Positions 17,650 to 25,146 of a stretch of 64,000 bases of DNA are shown piece by piece. The position numbers and the translations under genes are program-made. The DNA is taken from NCBI GenBank assembly GCA_017516445.1, contig JAFXCZ010000008.1:1193-65192 (forward strand), in the 5' to 3' direction. Source of the stretch: Clostridia bacterium (lineage in GTDB: Bacteria > Bacillota > Clostridia > Oscillospirales > Acutalibacteraceae). Below the pieces are notes generated by a model that searched no databases, was not told the DNA's origin, and was given only the letters and a program-made list of their open reading frames with translations. Positions within the stretch are counted from its first letter, which is position 1. Every line of letters begins with the position of its first letter.

Positions 17650-18855
17650 ATGAATATAGCTGTTGCACAGTCGGGTGGCCCCACCGTTGCAATTAATGCT
17701 TCGCTTGTGGGTGTTTTTAAGCAAGCCGCATTGGACACTGAAATTGATAAAATTTACGGCTCACTTAACGGTATTGAGGGTATTATAAACCAAAACCTTG
17801 TAGAGCTTAATGAGCTTATTAAATCAGATGATGATTTAGAGCTTATAAAAACTACCCCGTCAACCGTTTTAGGCTCTTGCAGATATAAAATGCCGGCACC
17901 CGAAAGTGACCCCGCAGTTTACGAAAAAATAATTGATTGCTTTAAAAAGTATAATATCGGTGCTTTTTTCTACATCGGCGGTAACGATTCAATGGATACC
18001 ACCGATAAGCTTTCAAAATATACTATGCAAAACGGTATTGATATAAAGGTTATAGGCATTCCCAAAACAATTGATAATGATTTATGCTTTACCGACCACA
18101 CCCCAGGCTTTGGCTCGGCGGCAAAATATCTTGCTACTACTTTACAGGAAATTGTACGCGACAGTGCGGTGTATGACCTTAAATCTGTTACAGTAGTTGA
18201 GGTTATGGGCAGGCACGCAGGCTGGCTTACCGCTTCAAGCGCGGTGCTTCACGCCAACGGTGAAACTGCACCGCACCTTATTTACTTACCCGAAAGCGAA
18301 TTTTCAGCAGAAAAATTTATAAATGACGTTAAGGCACAACTAGAAATCCGCAATTCAGTAATAGTTGCCGTTTCAGAAGGAATAAAGCTTGATAATGCAA
18401 GCTACCGTTCAGGCAAGGTTGACAACTTCGGTCACGAATACCTTTCGGGCATAGGCAAGCTGTTAGAAAACCTTATAACCGAAAAAATCGGCTGTAAGGT
18501 GCGCTCGATTGAGCTTAATGTTATGCAACGCTGCTCGTCGCACCTTTGCTCCAAAACGGATATTGATGAGGCTGTTCTCATAGGCGAGAGCGGTGTAAAA
18601 GCCGCTATGCAAGGGCAAACAGGCAAAATGATGGTTTTCAAACGCGTAAGCAATAACCCATATAAAATAGAAATTGACTCGGTAGAAGCAAGTCTTGTTG
18701 CCAATGCCGAAAAGGTGTTCCCTAAGGAATGGATATGCGCTGACGGCACTAACGTTACCGACGATGCTTTAGAGTACTTTTTACCACTTATAAACGGCGA
18801 AATTAAAATTAAAACCCAAAACGGCTTACCCGTTCACTTTAAAATCAATAAATAA
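17650..18855 (+). CDS. pfp: 6-phosphofructokinase, predicted pyrophosphate-dependent
   Basis: PFK family with GGNDS in place of GGDGS and PKTIDND in place of PGTIDND (Asp/Lys at the E. coli 104/124 equivalents). AAAGGAG lies upstream of the ATG. Confidence 0.8.
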   Translation: MNIAVAQSGGPTVAINASLVGVFKQAALDTEIDKIYGSLNGIEGIINQNLVELNELIKSDDDLELIKTTPSTVLGSCRYKMPAPESDPAVYEKIIDCFKKYNIGAFFYIGGNDSMDTTDKLSKYTMQNGIDIKVIGIPKTIDNDLCFTDHTPGFGSAAKYLATTLQEIVRDSAVYDLKSVTVVEVMGRHAGWLTASSAVLHANGETAPHLIYLPESEFSAEKFINDVKAQLEIRNSVIVAVSEGIKLDNASYRSGKVDNFGHEYLSGIGKLLENLITEKIGCKVRSIELNVMQRCSSHLCSKTDIDEAVLIGESGVKAAMQGQTGKMMVFKRVSNNPYKIEIDSVEASLVANAEKVFPKEWICADGTNVTDDALEYFLPLINGEIKIKTQNGLPVHFKINK

Positions 18856-18858
18856 TTT

Positions 18859-18885
18859 AAGGCGAGATTTATCTCGCCTTTTTAT
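18859..18885. terminator. bidirectional terminator between pfp and the AraC gene
   Basis: AAGGCGAG / CTCGCCTT followed by TTTAT. The stop of the convergent gene lies in the loop. Confidence 0.55.
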
Positions 18886-19675
18886 ATTTAAGTGCTGAAA
18901 CGCCCATTTCCTTTTTAAAGGTTTTCATAAAGTGTATTTCATCCGAAAAACCGCAGGAATACGCTACAGAGCTTACCGAAAGTGCCGTAGTTTGTAAAAG
19001 CTCACAAGCCAGCTCTAACCGCTTTTTGATAATATATTTTACAAGGGTTACACCGTACGCCTTTTTAAATAATCTTAATAGGTGGGCGTGGCTTATGCTC
19101 ACATCACGGCAAAGCTGTTCTATGCTGAAAGCAGGCGAAGCAAAGTTTTCGTCTATAATTTTTTTTACACGCTGTATGTCATTAAGCGGCGATAAAGCAG
19201 TAGATATTTCCATAATTTCATAAAAAGCCGACAAAACTCCAAAATATCCGCTCTCGCCGTTCATAAGCGATTGAAGCATTCTTTTAAGGGCAAAATTTAT
19301 CTTTTGAAAATTTACACAGTCGCATACAGGTTTCTCTGTCGTCATTCCCACAAGAGAGCTGTATTCATTAATGCGCTCCCCCTTAAAAGTAAACCACACG
19401 TATTCCCAAGGATTTTCTTTATCGGGATAATATCTCATCTTGGTATCGGGCGGTATATAAAACATCTGTCCCTCGGTTACAGCATATTTTTTATCCTCTA
19501 TTTCGAGCGTACCGCTTCCCGAAAGCACAAAATGCCACGTATAGTAATTCTGCATTCTAAAGGTGTATAAAGGTTTAACAAAAGAAAAATCATCATACCC
19601 TATATTTAAAATACAAAACTCATCATCGGGATAAAATGACATACCAAATGCGTTTTCTTTGATAAAATTTCCCAT
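18869..19675 (-). CDS. AraC-family transcriptional regulator (N-terminal cupin, C-terminal HTH_18)
   Basis: C-terminal IEQLCRDVSISHAHLLRLFKKAYGVT...SVAYSCGFSDEIHFMKTFKK. Confidence 0.85.
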   Translation of the reverse strand: MGNFIKENAFGMSFYPDDEFCILNIGYDDFSFVKPLYTFRMQNYYTWHFVLSGSGTLEIEDKKYAVTEGQMFYIPPDTKMRYYPDKENPWEYVWFTFKGERINEYSSLVGMTTEKPVCDCVNFQKINFALKRMLQSLMNGESGYFGVLSAFYEIMEISTALSPLNDIQRVKKIIDENFASPAFSIEQLCRDVSISHAHLLRLFKKAYGVTLVKYIIKKRLELACELLQTTALSVSSVAYSCGFSDEIHFMKTFKKEMGVSALKYKKAR

Positions 19676-19820
19676 AACTTATCACCAAAAATAATTATAT
19701 CACAGTTGTTTTTAAAAGTAAATGATAAAAAAACACAGTTTTTTGCTTGTTTTTCACATAGCCATACAAACACTCGTTTATTATAATAATCTTAAAGATA
19801 ACTAAAAGGAGATATCAATT

Positions 19821-21032
19821 ATGATTAACGCTTGCGTAGTAGGACTCGGTAAACGCGGTTTCGACCTTTTGAAATGCGTACTCTTAAAAAACAAGGATTT
19901 GAACATTGTAGCTGTATGCGATGTTTATGAGGACAGAATTGAAAAAGCACTCGAACAAGTGAAAGAGGCAGGTCAAAATGCCAAAGGCTTTACCGATTAT
20001 AAAGAGGCACTTAAAACCGAAAATCTTAATGCGGTATATGTTTTTACCGATTGGGCATCACACACCGATATTGCAATTCACGCAATGAAAAAGGGTATTG
20101 CCGTTGCAAGCGAGGTTGGCTGTGAATACTCCTTAGAGAATTGCTATGAATTAGTAAGGGTACAGGAAGAAACAAGCACACCGTATATGCTTGTAGAAAA
20201 CTGTTGCTGGGGCGAAAGTGAGCTTTTGATAACCTCTATGGCAAGAAAAAATCTTTTCGGTACTATTGTTCATTGCTCAGGCTCATACTCGCACGATTTA
20301 CGCAACGAGGTAGCCTACGGTCACGAAACGCGTCATTACCGCTTTGACAATTATCAAAGACGTTGCTGTGACAACTACCCCACCCATGATTTAGGCCCTA
20401 TTGCAAAGCTTTTAGATATTAACCGCGGTAACAGAATTCTTACGGTTTCTTCCTTTGCTTCAAAGGCAGCAGGACTTGAGGAGTACATAAAAGACCGCGA
20501 AGACGCCACCGAAGAAATGAAAAATACAACCTTTAATCAGGGCGATATTATAACCACGGTTTTAACCTGCCAAAACGGAGAAACTATTTTGCTCCGCCTT
20601 GACACTACTCTCCCCCGTTCATACGGCCGCGATTTTACGGTACGCGGCACAAAGGGTATGTACACCCAAGACCCCAACCTTATTTTCTTTGACGGAGATG
20701 AAGAAAATATCGATACCGTACAGTTCCTAAAAGACAATATCGACAATGCCGCAAAATACAAAGAGCATCTGCCAGACTTTTGGAAAAATGTCACCCCCGA
20801 AGCCAGAGAAGCAGGCCACGACGGTATGGACTGGTTTGCATACAAGGCATTTTCGGATGCTTTAATAAAAGGCGACGAAATGACAATAGATGTATACGAT
20901 GCAGCAACTTGGATGGCAGTTTCGGTGCTTTCGGAAATTTCAATAAGCCAAGGCGGCGCACCGCAGGCTATGCCAGATTTCACAAAAGGCAAATGGATAA
21001 AACGCCCCAGTAAAGACGTTTGCAAGCTTTAA
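19821..21032 (+). CDS. Gfo/Idh/MocA-family NAD-dependent oxidoreductase (GH109-like architecture possible)
   Basis: N-terminal VVGLGKRG Rossmann motif with a long C-terminal alpha/beta domain. It is divergent from the AraC regulator. AAAGGAG SD. Confidence 0.75.
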   Translation: MINACVVGLGKRGFDLLKCVLLKNKDLNIVAVCDVYEDRIEKALEQVKEAGQNAKGFTDYKEALKTENLNAVYVFTDWASHTDIAIHAMKKGIAVASEVGCEYSLENCYELVRVQEETSTPYMLVENCCWGESELLITSMARKNLFGTIVHCSGSYSHDLRNEVAYGHETRHYRFDNYQRRCCDNYPTHDLGPIAKLLDINRGNRILTVSSFASKAAGLEEYIKDREDATEEMKNTTFNQGDIITTVLTCQNGETILLRLDTTLPRSYGRDFTVRGTKGMYTQDPNLIFFDGDEENIDTVQFLKDNIDNAAKYKEHLPDFWKNVTPEAREAGHDGMDWFAYKAFSDALIKGDEMTIDVYDAATWMAVSVLSEISISQGGAPQAMPDFTKGKWIKRPSKDVCKL

Positions 21033-21069
21033 AAAAATCATAACAGACCTAAAACTACATATACAAAAT

Positions 21070-21098
21070 ACAGCCGCTTATATGCGGCTGTATTTTTG
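21070..21098 (+). terminator. intrinsic terminator
   Basis: ACAGCCGC / GCGGCTGT followed by ATTTTT. Confidence 0.65.
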
Positions 21099-21103
21099 CT
21101 ATT

Positions 21104-21141
21104 AATAAAAAAGAAAGCACTTATTTTAAATAAGTACTTTC
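21104..21141 (-). terminator. intrinsic terminator after the SF0329-like gene
   Basis: Minus strand GAAAGTACTTATTT / AAATAAGTGCTTTC (13 of 14 bp) followed by TTTTTT. Confidence 0.55.
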
Positions 21142-21178
21142 TAAAGTTGGTGCAGTTGTTCTTAACGGATTCTAAAAA

Positions 21179-21673
21179 TTATAATTCCGCTGAAATTCTC
21201 AATATGTAAAATTGTTGTAACCACTGCGGTTGTTCTTCAATTCCGTTTTTAAGCTTGTTAAGGGTTCTTTTCCCAACTCGTCTGTCAAGTACGGCAAACA
21301 TTCTCACCAAAGGATTATTAGATTGAATACTTATTTTTATATCTTGATTGCGATACTCACATAAAGCATCGGCAAATTCATTATCTATATATTCAGTACG
21401 TAAATGAATTGGATTTTGTTCAATATAATCCCACATTTTCGACCAGGTTCTCTCTTCTTTTTTGTATCCAACTTGACCCAAATATGAATATATCGTATCA
21501 AAAGAAAAATGCTTTACTGGTTTATTATCAATAAAAACAGCAAATATATAACAACCATCCAAGCCGGGATAAGTTGTGCAACTATATCTCACTCTACCCT
21601 TTAATGTATCAGCCAACATTTCCTTTTCTAAATATTTGCGCATACCACTCCAAGAGCCAAGAACATTGCCCAT
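21179..21673 (-). CDS. hypothetical protein resembling the SF0329 family
   Basis: 164 aa. LEKEMLADTLKGRVRY near the N-terminus and MFAVLDRRVGKRTLNKL near the C-terminus match my recollection of that family. It has its own promoter and terminator. Confidence 0.5.
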   Translation of the reverse strand: MGNVLGSWSGMRKYLEKEMLADTLKGRVRYSCTTYPGLDGCYIFAVFIDNKPVKHFSFDTIYSYLGQVGYKKEERTWSKMWDYIEQNPIHLRTEYIDNEFADALCEYRNQDIKISIQSNNPLVRMFAVLDRRVGKRTLNKLKNGIEEQPQWLQQFYILRISAEL

Positions 21674-21692
21674 AGTATCACCTCTGTAAATA

Positions 21693-21721
21693 ATTATAGC
21701 ATGTTGTACTTAATTTCGCAA
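21693..21721 (-). promoter_or_regulatory. sigma-A-type promoter
   Basis: Minus strand TTGCGA (21721-21716), 17-nt spacer, TGC-TATAAT (21698-21693). AGAGGTG SD precedes the ATG at 21673. Confidence 0.55.
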
Positions 21722-21792
21722 GCATCGTGAATGGATATCCACACTTGTTAGGGCGGTCCCTAATCCCCCAAAAACCTCCCTCAAAACAAAAA

Positions 21793-21828
21793 GAATGTTC
21801 ATAACGTTCAAGTCCGTTATGAACATTC
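21793..21828 (-). terminator. intrinsic terminator (second terminator downstream of the methyltransferase)
   Basis: Perfect 14-bp arms GAATGTTCATAACG / CGTTATGAACATTC with an 8-nt loop. The minus strand continues TTTTTGTTTTG. Confidence 0.65.
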
Positions 21829-21910
21829 AACATGGTCGGAGTAGCGTTATAGTAATCAAGCGTAAACCCGCATAAATACTGGTTTTTCGCAGCCAAAAAC
21901 AGTACATATC

Positions 21911-21986
21911 CTTTGTGGGAGGGCAGTTACTACCCAATGGTAAACGCAAAACGTTTACGGAAAAACAAAAAGAGGGTGGCGTGTAA
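21911..21986 (+). pseudogene. relic of a tyrosine-integrase N-terminal segment (frameshifted, no start, no catalytic domain)
   Basis: Reads ..LWEGSYYP then, after a frameshift, NGKRKTFTEKQKE. It shares 24 of 27 nt plus about 20 more nt with the relic at 23102-23158. Confidence 0.4.
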
Positions 21987-21997
21987 AAGCCGCCCTC
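21961..21997 (-). terminator. intrinsic terminator directly after the methyltransferase
   Basis: GAGGGCGGC / GCCACCCTC on the minus strand (9 bp, one G-U pair) followed by TTTTTGTTTTT. Confidence 0.55.
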
Positions 21998-22037
21998 AAA
22001 TTTTAATATGCGGTAAATAAAGAATAGTAAATAGGAA

Positions 22038-22808
22038 TTATTTTTTACATATACCTTTGTAAATATAATACGGTTTCGAATAAAGGTACGCGCCGTTTTT
22101 ATCGGCCTCAACAAGATTGTTTATAAACTCATCATATTCCTCTTTTGTGAGCACCCCTGTGTTTTCACCGTCAACCCAATCAGTTGTTTTACCAACAAGC
22201 CACCCGATGTTTTGGCTAAACTCATACCCGAACATACCTTCTTTGTATTCGGTTTCAATAACGCTATGAACGTACACACTGCTTTTAAAAAAACCAGAGT
22301 TGTTAAATACTCCATAAACCCTTCTACCCATCCAACCATCAAGGTCATCCATCCAGCTTTGTTTTGTAACGGCGTATGAATGTATGCATTTAGTAATTAA
22401 GTCTTGATTTTCGCCGTTAAAAACAACACTGTCAAAATCAGCGTGTACACATATTACTATTCCACCTGGTTTTAAGATTCTGTTTATTTCACTAACAAAG
22501 GTGGTTTTGTCGCTGATACATTCAAGTAAGTCTTTGGTTAATACCAAGTCAAACATATTATCTGGAAAATCAAGTTTTCCTGCACAGTTCATAATTTTAA
22601 GCTCTACAGGTGTGCTATATGGAACAACGCCAAAATTCCTATCGGTTACATCTACACCGATTGCTTTTGTAACTTTACTGGGGAACTCGTTGATAATTCC
22701 ATTGAGATAACCTGCGTTCCTGCATCCTAAATCTACAATAGCAGCATTATCCGGTAAATCTATTAATTCGTATATTGCTTCGTTAAGCGATGATTTGTTT
22801 ATTTTCAT
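22038..22808 (-). CDS. class I SAM-dependent methyltransferase with a C-terminal extension of unknown function
   Basis: Motif I is IVDLGCRNAGY, and post-I/II spacing fits the Methyltransf_11/25 type. ATG at 22808 has AAGGAG 8 nt upstream; the track's TTG at 22859 lies inside a leader hairpin. Confidence 0.85.
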   Translation of the reverse strand: MKINKSSLNEAIYELIDLPDNAAIVDLGCRNAGYLNGIINEFPSKVTKAIGVDVTDRNFGVVPYSTPVELKIMNCAGKLDFPDNMFDLVLTKDLLECISDKTTFVSEINRILKPGGIVICVHADFDSVVFNGENQDLITKCIHSYAVTKQSWMDDLDGWMGRRVYGVFNNSGFFKSSVYVHSVIETEYKEGMFGYEFSQNIGWLVGKTTDWVDGENTGVLTKEEYDEFINNLVEADKNGAYLYSKPYYIYKGICKK

Positions 22809-22820
22809 AATAATTCTCCT

Positions 22821-22864
22821 TAAAATAAAAAATACTGTTGATAGCTTTTGTGCCGTCAACAGTA
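22821..22864 (-). terminator. terminator-like hairpin inside the methyltransferase 5' leader (candidate attenuator)
   Basis: Minus strand TACTGTTGA-N14-TCAACAGTA (22864-22856 / 22841-22833) followed by TATTTTTTATTTT, ending about 10 nt before the SD. Confidence 0.55.
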
Positions 22865-22886
22865 CAATAAAAAGTTAAGTTTCTTT

Positions 22887-22967
22887 TCATCATTCGTTTA
22901 GGCACAAAGCGAAATAAGCCTGTACCCAAATCAGATACAAGCCTTCATCGTCTGCGTCGAATGATGA
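22887..22967 (-). promoter_or_regulatory. P1-like closing helix of a structured leader domain (unclassified)
   Basis: Perfect 10-bp arms TCATCATTCG (22887-22896) / CGAATGATGA (22958-22967) enclose 61 nt. That interior contains a 7-bp internal hairpin GCTTGTA/TACAGGC. Confidence 0.4.
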
Positions 22968-23005
22968 TAGAAAACATAATCTATTCCTCCAGTGGATTTT
23001 TTGAT

Positions 23006-23034
23006 ATTATAGCAAAAAGAATAGGGGATGTCAA
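23006..23034 (-). promoter_or_regulatory. consensus sigma-A promoter for the methyltransferase leader
   Basis: Minus strand TTGACA (23034-23029), 17-nt spacer, TGC-TATAAT (23011-23006). Confidence 0.65.
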
Positions 23035-23040
23035 TGATAA

Positions 23041-23262
23041 GCAATACTTAGAATAAAAATTCGAAAGTCAGGAACAGGTTGCGTGTATCAGATAAACGAC
23101 ACCTTGTGGGAGGACAGTTACTATCCAAGATTACCCGATGGAAAACGCAAGAAATTTAATGTCTACGCTAAGACGAAAGAAGAATGTGAGAAACTTCTTG
23201 CTGAAATGATTGAAGAAAAGAAAAGGGGGATTAAGGAAGAGACATTAAAAAAACATTATTAA
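23041..23262 (+). pseudogene. relic of a tyrosine-integrase N-terminal (arm-binding type) segment
   Basis: The open frame reads ..IRKSGTGCVYQINDTLWEDSYYPRLPDGKRKKFNVYAKTKEECEKLLAEMIEEKKRG.. then stops at 23260-23262. It has no ATG and no catalytic domain. The pattern matches the G-S/C-I/V-Y..DG.W...Y...GKRK..YGKTKKE N-termini of phage-type integrases. Confidence 0.5.
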
Positions 23263-23457
23263 TGAACTAGTGATGTCCTTATTTGCGTACAATGAATTTT
23301 ATATTATTTAGTCAAAGATTTACAAAATTCGATAAATTTCATTTCTTTATATCAAGAAAGTATCATAATACTCAAGAAATCAAAAATTATTACAGAATAA
23401 CTTTGACAAAAAAATTAAAAAGGAAAATGTATAATTTAAGGGGAGGTTTAATTAAAT

Positions 23458-23628
23458 ATGTTTTCAGATAGGGAAAAAACACCATATCATTTCGGTAATA
23501 TAGTAGGTGACTATCAATATATGACAAGTGCTGAAGCAGATGAATTTTTATATTGCCATTCAATAAATAATATTGATACTGAATTTTTAAAAAGTAATTT
23601 TGATATCATGGAAGAGAATGAAAGTTGA
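23458..23628 (+). CDS. small hypothetical protein (56 aa), below the ORF-track threshold
   Basis: ATG at 23458 lies 11 nt after GGAGG (23442-23446). Sequence MFSDREKTPYHFGNIVGDYQYMTSAEADEFLYCHS.. The stop overlaps the -35 of the next promoter. Coding status is unproven. Confidence 0.3.
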   Translation: MFSDREKTPYHFGNIVGDYQYMTSAEADEFLYCHSINNIDTEFLKSNFDIMEENES

Positions 23629-23653
23629 CATTTTTCGCCTTTTATTGTAAAAT
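23625..23653 (+). promoter_or_regulatory. sigma-A-type promoter for the protease gene
   Basis: TTGACA (23625-23630), 17-nt spacer, TAAAAT (23648-23653). Confidence 0.55.
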
Positions 23654-23685
23654 AAAACCATAAGTATAAGATTGGAGTTGTTCAT

Positions 23686-24600
23686 ATGCCTTCATGGGGA
23701 CAATTGTTAAATGAATTGCAGCCTCAAAAAGATGCTAATGGTAATGAAATTTCTGGCCTTACTTATGATGGGCTTCGTCAGAAATATTTACATATGCTAT
23801 CCGAGAAAACAGGAAGAAACACAATCGCATATTATTCAGGTTGGCTTAAGTCAGGGAAAAATCAAAATGTTGATATAAATGATGGTGATATAACCGGATT
23901 TATGAACTCTATGGAAAATCTCGATTGCACAAAGGGATTAGATCTAATTTTACATACTCCTGGTGGAAGTCCTACTGCTACAGAGGGTATAGTTAAATAT
24001 TTACATAAAAAATTTGGTAATGATATTAGAGTTTTTGTACCTCAAATGGCAATGTCTGCTGGGACGATGTTGGCTTGTTCTGCAAATGTCATTTATATGG
24101 GTGCGCATTCTTCTTTGGGACCCATTGATCCTCAATTTGGTGGAATCCCTGCCTATAACATTGTAACCGAGTTTAACGATGCGAAAAATGATGTTGAAAA
24201 CAACACAAAGTCTATTCCGTTTTGGAAAATGCAGTTAGAAAAATATCCTCCAGCATTTTTTTATACAATTATTGATGCAATTAACCTATCTTCATCTTTG
24301 GTTGGAGAATGGCTTATGCAATATATGTTTTCTTCCATTGATAAAGGAGAAGCAAAGAAAAAGGTTAATTCTATACTGAAAAAGTTAAATGCCAACAACA
24401 AATCTCATGCACGACATTTTTCTTATGATGATTGTGTTAATATGGGACTTTGTGTTGAACCATTGGAAGCAGATCAAGAGTTACAAGATTTAGTATTAAG
24501 TGTCCATCACGCATTTATAATTACTCTTGATGGCAGTCCTGCTACAAAAATTATAGAAAATCAATTTGGGTGCCGCTATATAACTTCTCAAAAAAAATGA
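23686..24600 (+). CDS. SDH-family (serine dehydrogenase proteinase-like) Clp-fold serine protease
   Basis: Motifs LILHTPGGSPTATEGIVKYL and MAMSAGTMLACSA (ClpP/SppA-type nucleophile Ser region). 304 aa with no signal peptide. Confidence 0.75.
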   Translation: MPSWGQLLNELQPQKDANGNEISGLTYDGLRQKYLHMLSEKTGRNTIAYYSGWLKSGKNQNVDINDGDITGFMNSMENLDCTKGLDLILHTPGGSPTATEGIVKYLHKKFGNDIRVFVPQMAMSAGTMLACSANVIYMGAHSSLGPIDPQFGGIPAYNIVTEFNDAKNDVENNTKSIPFWKMQLEKYPPAFFYTIIDAINLSSSLVGEWLMQYMFSSIDKGEAKKKVNSILKKLNANNKSHARHFSYDDCVNMGLCVEPLEADQELQDLVLSVHHAFIITLDGSPATKIIENQFGCRYITSQKK

Positions 24601-24610
24601 GGTAAATATT

Positions 24611-24805
24611 ATGAAAACATTAACTATAACTAGAGAAGAAGTTTCTAAATTACTTGAAAAACTGGAAATTAGTTATGAAAGGGTGGATAATGATTCTCCG
24701 AGCATAGAGGATATTAATAATAGAGAATTTGGAGTTGTAGATCGTACGATATTATCTACTGAAACTCAAGTTAATGATGAATTTTTGAAAATATGTACAT
24801 ACTAA
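24611..24805 (+). CDS. small hypothetical protein (64 aa), probably co-transcribed with the protease
   Basis: ATG lies 10 nt after the protease stop with a GAGG-containing spacer. The protein is acidic. A terminator follows directly. Confidence 0.5.
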   Translation: MKTLTITREEVSKLLEKLEISYERVDNDSPSIEDINNREFGVVDRTILSTETQVNDEFLKICTY

Positions 24806-24808
24806 AAA

Positions 24809-24841
24809 ATCCCCTGAAATCTACTGATTTCAGGGGATTTT
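24809..24841. terminator. bidirectional terminator shared by the protease operon and tRNA-Pro
   Basis: Perfect 12-bp arms ATCCCCTGAAAT / ATTTCAGGGGAT with a 6-nt loop, flanked by A-runs and T-runs. Confidence 0.7.
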
Positions 24842-24918
24842 TGGTCGAGGCGACAGGATTCGAACCTGCGGCCTCTGCGTCCCGAACGCAGCGCTCTACC
24901 AAACTGAGCCACGCCTCG
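24842..24918 (-). tRNA. tRNA-Pro (anticodon CGG), CCA encoded
   Basis: Minus strand CGAGGCG-TG-GCTC-AGTTTGGTA-GAGC-G-CTGCG-TTCGGGA-CGCAG-AGGCC-GCAGG-TTCGAAT-CCTGT-CGCCTCG-A-CCA. It folds as a full cloverleaf of 77 nt. Confidence 0.9.
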
Positions 24919-25089
24919 ATTTTTAAACTTTATTTAATTTGAAAATTGATTATCCAACCTATCCGCGCTGCTACTCCGCTTACTCTTGCGGTGCCCGAAA
25001 AAATTTCCGTCTTGGAGCGACGAATTTTTTCGACCGCGGCGCCTTTTCGTTTTCCCTTTTTCGTCCACTGGACGCGGTCAAACTCAAAG

Positions 25090-25114
25090 CTACCAAACTG
25101 AGCCACGCCTCGAT
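25090..25114 (-). repeat. 25-nt perfect direct copy of the tRNA-Pro 5' end (2 upstream nt plus tRNA positions 1-23)
   Basis: CTACCAAACTGAGCCACGCCTCGAT occurs at both 24896-24920 and 25090-25114. The upstream copy diverges after GGTAG. Confidence 0.85.
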
Positions 25115-25146
25115 AATTTTAAAAAATCAATTAACGCGCACATATT

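Noticed and set aside
21678-22114. Two overlapping minus-strand ORFs (72 and 95 aa) between the SF0329-like gene and the methyltransferase
   Set aside because: They run through two intrinsic terminators (21961-21997 and 21793-21828) and the integrase relic. They have no SD and nonsense-like composition. The region is better explained as intergenic debris.
24921-25089. Possibility that the 169-nt segment is a group I intron or another intervening sequence splitting tRNA-Pro
   Set aside because: The downstream tRNA (24842-24918) is complete and folds on its own. The duplication boundary lies in the D-arm rather than the anticodon loop, and I see no group I core elements. The plus-strand ORFs here (24939-25193, 24986-25186) lack an SD and overlap the tRNA leader, so they are treated as non-coding.
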